A DNA stretch of 64,000 nucleotides, from contig OZ024761.1 of assembly GCA_964016885.1 (NCBI GenBank), forward strand, positions 30,504,001-30,568,000. The letters run 5' to 3'. Under the pieces are notes generated by a model. The model saw nothing but the letters and a program-made list of their open reading frames with translations. It did no database searches and was not told the origin of the DNA. The position numbers and the translations under genes were made by a program. Position 1 is the first letter of the stretch; each line of letters opens with the position of its first letter. Below, piece after piece: positions 24,838 to 35,942 of this stretch. Origin of the DNA: Eledone cirrhosa (taxonomy: Eukaryota).

Positions 24838-27074
24838 ACGGCACCCCTACAACAACAGTTAAGTGTCTATAACCACCACGCATTTATGAGACTAAAAACC
24901 TTGCTAGTGTATTTTTATTTTGGTACAAAAGTTTTTCAATAATTTCATCAGTTTTAAATTCAAGTAAGTCCAATATAACGTATTTAAACGAATCTATAGA
25001 TAGGATTTCAATATCTGCCTGAGCTTATAAAATAGTAAAACAATGTTTTTTGTTTTTTTTCAATTATGTCAAATACCTAAAGTTGTTCTTTATTAAAGAA
25101 ATGCTAAAATAGATTTAGTTACTATGACTCTGAAATGTGTTCATAAACGGTAATGTTATGTTTTCCTTAGAGCCTGTCTGCCTTACAGTATGTTTACATA
25201 CAATACATACATGCATATACATAAATTAATTGTTTATTAGCTATATTCATCTGTTTACACTCCTCGTAATAATTCGAGCTGTTTTGTTTTTGTTTATTTC
25301 TTCAGGAGAGACGTAGATAGAAAAACGTTTGTGGCTTTAGTATTGCTTATTTTTAAGTTTTGTTTAATTGCCGATAAATTTGAAATATATTTGTTAGGTT
25401 TCTTAGAACTACAAATCTTTCTTATGACACTTACTACGGAATAAATTCTTAGCTGGATACTTTACTTTGTGATTACTTTCCTCCCAAAGCCATAACAGCT
25501 TGAATCAGATGTAGCAAAAACTTGTGAAGACTGACATGAGTTATGTTGAATATAAGTGTAGACGTAAAATATTTTTGTTTATTCAATCTAAAGGGAAGGC
25601 AAAAGAATTATAAGTCAAGTGCAAAATTAACGTTTAAAGGCATAAGAAAGGTATGTCGCTTTCTCTCCTGTTAAATAAATAGGCTGTTTTTAGACCAGGA
25701 GGATGGGAGGATTGACTCAGTAAGATTGAAATGCACACATGACGGTAAATACGACAGTCCTACAACAACAGTTAAGTGTCTATAACAACCATACATTTAA
25801 GAGACTGAAAACCTTACTAATGTGTTTTTATTTTGGTACTTGAAAACAAAATTTAAAAACAAATTATATATTTAATTTCATGCAAGTCAAATACAATGTA
25901 TTTAAATGAATCTACAGATGGAGTTGCAATATCTGCCAGGACTTTGGAAATAGGGAAATATATAATTTTTAAAATTAAAACTACTTTTCAAAGGAATAAT
26001 AAAGATATATATTCACACACACATCTCTAGTGGAGATATTTCTGAGATTGGAAACCCTATCGATGTATGTATTTTGTCACTGAAAAGTTATCAAAAAATT
26101 ATTATTATATATACATGTTTGTGTATTCGATACCTGTCAGAGCTTATGAAATAGTAAAAGAATATTTTTATTTTTCAATTATGTCAAACATCGTATGTGG
26201 TTCATTCTTAAAGAAATGCTAAAATAGATTTAAATATATGAAATTTGCACAGTAGAATTACGGCCGCATGGCGGGCGTCTGGTAAAGTGGTGGTAGTGTA
26301 GGTTCGAGCGGAGGGGAAACTAAAAAGGTGGCTTCGAGATGATCGTGGCCCCGGGTAGCCCAGAAGATAGAAACCAATCTCTTAAATTAAAAAAATAAAA
26401 ATGTTTTAAACTTAAGATAAAGTAGAAGATCGAAACTCTATCTCCAAATCTATAAACACTCAATTGATGCATAGATACACCGCAACTACCCACACGACCA
26501 CCTACAGACCAACAAATATGGAGTGAAAATAAACACATTTAAAGCTATTTTATTGTTAGATTAAAAATAAGTTTATATATGTAAATATTCAAAAGAAAAT
26601 CACTTAATTCTTTATAGTCTAGTGGTAAGACATAAGACTAGGGAATGCCGTGTTTGGATTTCGAATAAACTTAAAACATTATTTTTTTTATCCTCACACT
26701 GTAAGGAATTTTCTTGATTTGAACACGTAGTCATACCATTTAAAGCTTTATTTTTCTCTTTCTAGTCGTAACACAGTCAGCATATAAATAAACGTGATTC
26801 ACTTCAACACGTTGCCATACCATTTAAAACTTTATTTGGAGATGAGACAAAGACACATAAATACACTAAGTAGTAAACCCTTGATTTAACTTACTATGAA
26901 GATGAAGAATGTCTTAATATCAAAGTGACGTTAAATTTAGGGGTCACTTTCATTGTTTTTAATTTACAGAAACTCCTTAATATAATACAATGTACAAGAT
27001 ATATATATCAGAAGGAATATTTTTTATTTTCTTGTTCCGTCAAACCTTGTGTTTATTCTACACACACACACGTC

Positions 27075-27230
27075 GAAACACTTGCTTAAGGTGGCTTTCT
27101 TAGAGATAATGAGAAGTGTTGGCTTTGTGGAGATTGATACAACTTTGGGTGATGTTACGAGGAGAGGCAAGGCTATGGAGAGTGTCTTAGTGGAAGAGAT
27201 GATATCAGAGCAGTAACCTCCAAAGAGATG
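27075..27230 (+). pseudogene. Possible decayed RTE LINE fragment (each unit)
   Basis: Purine-rich stretch translating VGFVEIDTTLGDVTRRGKAMESVLV, loosely like the RTE 'EVVDxFCYLGDxISxGGGCxESV' motif. Confidence 0.3.
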
Positions 27231-28221
27231 AAATTAGTGACTGAGATGCTATCATTGCATAGTTAAGAATATATATAACAAACATATACTATAAATTTAA
27301 CAAGTCAAACTACAGTTATACTCTAACACGGAAGACAAATAAAACTTGACCTCTATCATGCACGTCGTATCCAGTGTGTTGTTATAAGAAAACCGGTGAA
27401 ACACTAAATATGCCACCAGTGTAGCGATTTTATACTCTCTCTGCTTCATCGTACCACCCAGTAACATGAAACTGTGTTCAAATCCCTGGGAGGTAGAATT
27501 ACGTCGCTTTAAAATAAACACACTGGGGTCAGTTTGAATATTGATTTCATGTGAAAAATATATACATATTATGATTGTACTCCGAACTATCAATATTGAA
27601 ACAATTCTAATGCGCCAATAAAATTTATATATCTATACAGCAACAGTGTTTTCGATCTTTCTTACTTTTTTATTCACATTCTACAGTCACTTTAACTCTG
27701 TAATAAAACCCAACACGAGACGAACGTTAACTGCAGTTACCAACGAAATAAACGCACACACAAATGAATATATATATATACTACCAAAATGTATTTAAAA
27801 TTAAAAAATAAATACTTAAATTCAATGTATGTATAATTACACATACAATATGTTTTGTTGTAAAACCCTAAATAATGATTTAAGAAATGATGTCAATCTC
27901 TTTGTACATATATGAACACTAATTTATGTATATGCATTGTGTGTGCGTATATACTCCATTTAAGACAGCGAAAATCCAGTACCTCCTTCGAAGAATGCCA
28001 AATAGTTTATGCCTCAGGGATACCGGTGTAACACTAATTAAGTTACAGGTGTAGATATTTCAGTTGAACCCTGCTTCAACAAACTACCCGGTAATTTGAA
28101 ATCGAGTTTAGAGTGAGGGGTGTAAAACAGAATTCTGTTTGGAAAATAGTAAATTCTAAACCTGCTAGAAATAGCAGACAAATGTCGTACTTTGGGTACG
28201 AGATGCGACTCGTCTTACCTC

Positions 28222-28285
<64 letters not shown>

Positions 28286-28629
28286 TGTGTGTGTGTAGAT
28301 TCACGGGTTGCGTCGGAGAGAAACCACAATAAATACAATGTACTCAATAGATTGGCATAGTATATATATATATATGTGTGTGTGTACATATAAATATGTG
28401 TGTATGTATATATAAATATGTATAAATGTATATATACATATAAATACTTATATATATACATAAACATATGTATACATACACACATATATAGATATATATG
28501 TGTGTATATATATATATCTGTGTGTCTATTTCTATATATATATATAATTATTACTTAGGTTCTAAGGAATAGTCCGCGAATATCGGGGTTTACTGTATAT
28601 ATATATATATATATGTATATACATATATA

Positions 28630-29005
28630 TTACTTTCACTGTTATTTCTAGCATAAAAAAGAAAAACCGGAAGGGGAGAAAATTGAAAAACTTCTTTTTC
28701 CACCATCTAACTTTTCAAACAAAAGAAAATTTTATCTAAACAAAAACGAAATTTTTGCCAAGAAAGATAACTCTTCTCTGACTTAAATGCAAAATTGGGA
28801 TACAAAATAAATTCCGCAATTTTTTGTATCCCAATTTTGGATTTAAGTCAGAGAAGAGTTATCTTTCTTGGCAAAAATTTCGTTTTTGTTTACATAAAAT
28901 TCTCTTTTGTTTGAAAAGTTAGAGGAGGGAAAAAGAAGAAGTTTTTCAATTTTCTCCACTTCCGATTTTTTCTAGTGTATACTAGAAATAGCAGTCAAAG
29001 CAATA
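28630..29005. repeat. Long palindrome in each array unit (also ~35092-35468, 41302-41678, 47500-47875, 53718-54095, 59938-60315)
   Basis: ~150 bp near-perfect inner arms around ...gggatacaaaaaaatt-ccgc-aattttttgtatccc..., with imperfect outer extensions ctgttatttctag / ctagaaatagcag. Confidence 0.95.
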
Positions 29006-29484
29006 TATATATATATGCTTTTTGTGACAATATATTTTGCTTTAACGCTAGATTATGAACAACAATATATTGTATTTGTTGGCCTATTGGACGCATAAGA
29101 CGCTCAATCGATTTTTATTATATTTTACGTTGTATTTTGAGGTTTATAGGCATTTCTATGGCCCACCTACAATATTCGCGGTTTTTCACTATTCTCGGGT
29201 TCTCTAGGACTGTAAACCCCACGAATGCCGGGGGGTAAATGTATATGAATTTATCGACTGATAATATACAGTATAATTGTACTAGTATGCATATACATAG
29301 CAATATATACACTAATATATATACATATTTACACATATATGTACATATATATATATAGACACACATGTATATATATATATATATATAGACACACATGTAT
29401 ATATATATTTATATATATATGCATGTATGTATATATGTATACATATATATACATATATATATATGCATGTATGTATATATGTAC

Positions 29485-29529
<45 letters not shown>

Positions 29530-30046
29530 TAGACATGTGTGTGTGTGTACGTTCTTAGGTATATACATATATATTTATACACACATACATACAAATATAT
29601 ATATTTCTATGAGTTACGGTTTATTACACATTGGAGACAGAGGGAGAGATTTAGCTTTCATTTTTAGCAGATTTAGAAACTTTGCAAACGCTTTATTTTT
29701 TCTTATTGCCGGTACTCTGAACACGATTTGAAATGACTGGAGTGAGTTTATAAAAGGGTAAACTGAAATAGTTGCACCGGTAATATATTTAGTGTTACAC
29801 CGGTATTTTCGAAACAGTCTCTTTCGCATTCGTCTGCAAGAGGTAACGTTTTCTATGCCGTCTCTGTTAGTGTAGAACTGTAGGTTGACTTGCTTGGTTT
29901 TTACAACTCTTTGTCAACATGCATATTATTATTATATACTTTCAAACACACTTACATATATTATATTTATAAACATATAGGATTTTACTCAGTTTTTATT
30001 CTTTCTAATGCGAAGAGATAGAAATAAGTTAAAGCTAAAGTATAAT

Positions 30047-30224
30047 TGTTTCTACTTTAGGCACAAGGCCAGCAATTTTCCAGTGCATTACTGGTACTTT
30101 ATTTTATCGACCCCGTAAGGATGAAAGGCAAAGTCAACCTCGGCGGGATTTGAACTCAGATCGTAAAGGGACGTAACTATGCTGGAAAGCATGGCGTCCG
30201 ACCCTCTACCGATACTGCCAATCC
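30047..30224 (-). mobile_element. Young SINE insertion with 16 bp target-site duplication, unit 1 only
   Basis: aaagctaaagtataat at 30031-30046 and 30225-30240. The other units carry a single aaaactaaagtataat. Confidence 0.93.
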
Positions 30225-30359
30225 AAAGCTAAAGTATAATGATATAACAACAGTATATAATAGTTTTCTCCACTTTATTGAGATGCAAACGTTTTAAAGA
30301 AAATACATGACGGTATAAGAAATATTTAATATCATAACATATAATATTTCAGGTAGGAT

Positions 30360-31600
30360 GGTCGTTTCTCTTGTCTTCCACCTCTAGTTGTAGATTCTTC
30401 ATGTCCCCTCTACCCATAATTATGTCGTCGACATATGCATAAGTTTGATTTCTTCTTGAATGAATTGCAAATCTTGAGGTAGCCTTCTTGGAACATTTAT
30501 TAGCTTTAATTCGTGTTTACACTGCTTGTATTAATTCGTACCTTTTTTACTTTAGATGAAACATATATATAAAAACGTCTGTGGCTTTAGTTTACCTTTA
30601 AGTTTGATTTCAATAGAAAAATACTTACTGAACATGTGTAACACAATTATAACTGGAGCTACTAAGTTCCTAGCCACTAGAAAATCTATTTGATAAAAGT
30701 TATTTCCTAGTTCTAGGCACTGTCAATATCCCTTCTACATTTTATATGCTTGTGTTTGTTAAAGAAACATTCTCTGATTTAGAAACCACGATCTTCTCGC
30801 ACCACCACCGTTGTAATTCTTGTTAAATGTTTTGTCTGGTCTATTGTCAATAAGTGGCCTTGTTTTCTGATTATGAATAAAGTTAAGTGGTCTACTGAAT
30901 TGTCTTAATTATTGCTAATTTATAAGTTTGTTTAACTGCCGATAACTTTTAAATCTATTTCTTAGGTTGCTTAGGCCTACAAATCTTATATCAGTGTCCC
31001 TTCTTTTGACACTTTCTACGAGTGAATCCTTAAATTGACATTTTATTTTGGGTTGTACTGCCTTATCCCACCTATAACAGCTAGAAGCAAATATAGTAAA
31101 AACAGGTCCTTGACTGTGAAGACTAATATGAGTTATGTTGAATATAATTGTTGAGGTTTATTCAATCTAAGAGAAGAAAAAATAAGTAAAGTGCAAAATT
31201 AACGTTTAAAGACAAGAAAAGTATTTCTCTTTCTCTCTGGCAAAATAAATCTGCTGTTTTTAGACCTAGAGGAGGGGAGGATTGACTCAGTCAGGTTTAA
31301 ATGCCCACATGACGGTAATTACGGCACCCCTACAACAACAGTTAAGTGTCTATAACCACCACGCATTTATGAGACTAAAAACCTTGCTAGTGTATTTTTA
31401 TTTTGGTACAAAAGTTTTTAAATAATTTCATAAGTTTTAAATTCAAGTAAGTCCAATATAACGTATTTAAACGAATCTATAGATAGGATTTCAATATCTT
31501 CCAGAGCTTATGAAATAGTAAAACAATTTTTTTTTCTTTTCAATTATATCAAATACCATAAGTTGTTCTTTATGAAAGAAATGCTAAAATAGATTTAGTT
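30360..31600 (-). pseudogene. Heavily decayed non-LTR retrotransposon RT remnant (in every unit, with a second diverged copy at ~31730-32740)
   Basis: Minus strand at ~30375-30460 reads EEIKLM/AYVDDIIM..DMKNLQLEVE across a frameshift. Upstream REDRGF and QIDF fall in the order expected for the QxGF and IDF RT motifs. Many stops. Confidence 0.5.
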
Positions 31601-34600
31601 AGTATGACTCTGAAATGTGTTCATAAACGGTAATGTTATGTTTTCCTTAGAGCCTGTCTGTCTTACAGTATGTTTACACACAATACATACATGCATAGAC
31701 ATAAATTAATTGTTTATTATCTATATTCATCTGTTTACACTCCTCGTAATAATTCGAGCGGTTTTGTTTTTGTTTTTTCTTCAAGAGATACGTAGATAGA
31801 AAAACGTTTGTGGCTTTAGTATTGCTTATTTTTAAGTTTTGTTTAATTGCCGATAAATTTGAAATATATTTGTTAGGTTTCTTAGAACTACAAATCTTTC
31901 TTATGACACTTACTACGGAATAAATTCTTAGCTGGATACTTTACTTTGTGATTACTTTCCTCCCAAAGCCATGACAGCTTGAATCAGATGTAGCAAAAAC
32001 TTGGGAAGACTGACATGAGTTATGTTGAATATAAGTGTAGACGTAAAATATTTTTGTTTATTCAATCTAAAGGGAAGGAAAAAGAATTATAAGTCAAGTG
32101 CAAAATTAACGTTTAAAGGCATAAGAAAGGTATCTCGCTTTCTCTCCTGTAAAACAAATAGGCTGTTTTTAGACCAGGAGGATGGGAGGATTGACTCAGT
32201 CAGATTTAAATGCACACATGACGGTAAATACGACAGTCCTACAACAGTTAAGTGTCTATAACAACCATGCATTTAAGAGACTGAAAACCTTACTAATGTG
32301 TTTTTATTTTGGTATTTAAAAACAAATTATATATTTAATTTCATGTAAGTCAAATACAATGTATTTAAATGAATCTACAGATGGAGTTGCAATATCTGCC
32401 AGGACTTTGGAAATAGGGAAATATATAATTTTTTTAATTAAAACTACTTTTCAAAGGAATAATAAAGATATATATATACACACACACACACATCTCTAGT
32501 GGAGATATTTCTGAGATTGGAAACCCTATCGATGTATGTATTTTGTCACTGAAAAGTTATCAAAAAATTATTATTATATATACATGTTTGTGTTTTTGAC
32601 GTAAGTAAAACGAATCTATATACGAGGTTTTCGATACCTGCCAGAGCTTATGAAATAGTAAAAGAATATTTTTATTTTTCAATTATGTCAAACATCGTAT
32701 GTGGTTCTTTATTAAAGAAATGCTAAAATAGATTTAAATATATGAAATTTGCACAGTAGAATTACGGCCGCTTGGCTGGCGTCTGGTAAAGTGGTGGTAG
32801 TGTAGGTTCGAGCGGAGGGGAAACTAAAAAGGTGGCTTCGAGATGATCGTGGCCCCGGGTAGCCCAGAAGAGAGAGACCAATCTCTTAAATTAAAAAGAT
32901 AAAAATGTTTTAAACTTAAGATAAAGTAGAAGATCGAAACCCTATCTCCAAATCTATACACACTCAATTGATGCATAGATACACCACAACTACCCGCACG
33001 ACCACCTACAGACCAACAAATATGGAGTCAAAATAAACACATTTAAAGCTATTTTATTGTTAGACTAAAAATAAGTTTATATATGTAAATATTCAAAAGA
33101 AAATCACTTAAGTCTTTATAGTCTAGTGGTAAGACATAAGACTGGGGAATGCCGTGTTTGGATTTCGAATCAACTTAAAACATTATTTTTTTTATCCTCA
33201 CACTGTAAGGAATTTGCTTGATTTGAACACGTAGTCATACCATTTAAAGCTTTATTTTTCTCTTTCTAGTCGTAACACAGTCAGCATATAAATAAACGTG
33301 ATTCACTTCAACACGTTGCCATACCATTTAAAACTTTATTTGGAGATGAGACAAAGACACATAAATACACTAAGTAGTAAACCCTTGATTTAACTTACTA
33401 TGAAGATGAAGAATGTCTGTTAATATCAAAGTGACGTTAAATTTAGGGGTCACTTTCATTGTTTTTAATTTACAGAAACTCCTTAATATAATACAATGTA
33501 TATATTAGAAGGAATATTTTTTATTTTCTTGTTCCGTCAAACCTTGCGTTTATTCTACACACACACATGTCGAAACACTTGCTTGAGCTGGCTTTCTTAG
33601 ACATAATGAGAAGTGTTGGCTTTGTGGAGATTGATACAACTTTGGGTGATGTTACGAGGAGAGGCAAGGCTATGGAGAGTGTCTTAGTGGAAGAGATGAT
33701 ATCAGAGCAGTAACCTCCAAAGAGATGAAATTAGTGACTGAGATGCTATCATTGCATAGTTCAGAATATATATAACAAACATATACTATAAATTTAACAA
33801 GTCAAACTACAGTTATACTCTAACACGGAAGACAAATAAAACTTTACCTCTATCATGCACGTCGTATCCAGTGTGTTGTTATAAGAAAACCGGTGAAACA
33901 CTAAATATGCCACCAGTGTAGCGATTTTATACTCTCTCTGCTTCATCGTACCACCCAGTAACATGAAACTGTGTTCAAATCCCTGGGAGGTAGAATTACG
34001 TCGCTTTAAATAAACACACTGGGGTCAGTTTGAATATTGATTTCATGTGAAAAATATATACATATTATGATTGTACTCCGAACTATCAATATTGAAACAA
34101 TTCTAATGCGCCAATAAAATTTATATATCTATACAGCAACAGTGTTTTCGATCTTTCTTACTTTTTTATTCACATTCTACAGTCACTTTAACTCTGTAAT
34201 AAAACCCAACACGAGACGAACGTTAACTGCAAGTTACCCACGAAATTAACGCAAACACAAATGAATATATATATATATACTACTAAAATGTATTTAAAAT
34301 TAAAAAATAAATACTTAAATTCAATGTATAATTACACGTACAATATGTTTTGTTGTAAAACCCTAAATAATGATTTAAGAAATGATGTCAATCTCTTTGT
34401 ACAGAGATAAACATTAATTTATGTATATGCATTGTGTGTGCGTATATACTCCATTTAAGACAGCGAAAAAGCCAGTACCTCCTTCGAAGAATGCCAAATA
34501 GTTTATGCCTCAGGGATACCGGTGTAACACTAATTAAGTTACCGGTGTAGATATTTCAGTTGAACCCTGCTTCAACAAACTACCCGGTAATTTGAAATCG

Positions 34601-34972
34601 AGTTCAGAGTGAGGGGTGTAAAACAGAATTCTGTTTGGAAAATAGTAAATTCTAAACCTGCTAGAAATAATAGCCAAATGTCGTACTTTGGGTACGAGGT
34701 GCGACTCGTCTTACCTCTTCTAATATATATATATATATGTGTGCGTGTGTGTAGATTCACGGGTCGCGGCGGAGAGAAACCACAATAAATACAATGTACT
34801 CAATAGATTGGCATAGTATATATATATATGTGTGTACATATAAATATGTGTGTGTGTGTATGTATATATATATATGTATAAATGTATATATACATATAAA
34901 TACTTATATATACATAAACATATGTATACATACACACATATATAAATAAATATGTGTGTATATATATATATC

Positions 34973-35012
<40 letters not shown>

Positions 35013-35906
35013 TTACTTAGGTTCTAAGGAATATTCCGAGAATGTCGGGGTTTACTGTATATATATATATATATATGTATATACATATTTATTACTTTCA
35101 CTGTTATTTCTAGCATAAAAAAGAAAAACCGGAAGGAGAGAAAATTGAAAAACTTCTTCTTTTTCCCTCCTCTAACTTTTCAAACAAAAGGAAATTTTAT
35201 GTAAACAAAAACGAAATTTTTGCCAAGAAAGATAACTCTTCTCTGACTTAAATCCAAAATTGGGATACAAAAAAAATTCCGCAATTTTTTGTATCCCAAT
35301 TTTGGATTTAAGTCAGAGAAGAGTTATCTTTCTTGGCAAAAATTTCGTTTTTGTTTACATAAAATTCTCTTTTGTTTGAAAAGTTAGAAGAGGGAAAAAG
35401 AAGAAGTTTTTCAATTTTCTCCACTTCCCGTTTTTTCTAGTGTATACTAGAAATAGCAGTCAAAGCAATATATATGCCTTTTGTGACAATATATAGTTTT
35501 AACGCTAGATTATTAACAACAATATATTGTATTTGTTGGCCTATTGGACGCAGAAGACGCTCACTCGATTTTTATTATATTTTAGGTTGTATTTTGAGGT
35601 TTATAGACATTTCTATGGACCACCTACAATATTCGCGGTTTTTCACTATTCTCGGGTTCTCTAGGACTGTAAACCCCACGAATGCCGGGGGGTAAATGTA
35701 TATGAATATATCGACTGATAATATACAGTATAATTGTACGAGTATGCATATACATAGCAATATATATACATATTTACACATATATGTACATATATATATA
35801 TAGACACACATGTATATATATATATATAGACACACATGTATATATATATATATGCATGTATGTATATATGTATACACATATATATATATATGAATGTCTG
35901 TATATA

Positions 35907-35942
<36 letters not shown>

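Noticed and set aside
26275-26362. Resemblance to miR-141/200 (gtctggtaaagtgg) and to the U11 snRNA 3' stem (gatgatcgtggccccgg)
   Set aside because: There is no seed match or precursor hairpin, and no Sm site or U11 5' domain. These are short chance similarities.
26440-26503. Possible upstream NRF-6-like exon in the array (minus strand VVVWVVAVYLCIN after ctgtag)
   Set aside because: It has an in-frame stop after 13 codons, the Trp is not kept in the other units, and there is no convincing family motif.
32022-32272. Identical 61-83 aa ORFs repeated in every unit, suggesting a tandem gene family
   Set aside because: Identity simply follows the DNA repeat. The ORFs are broken in unit 1 and in the internal paralogue, and they lie within a decayed LINE-like remnant.
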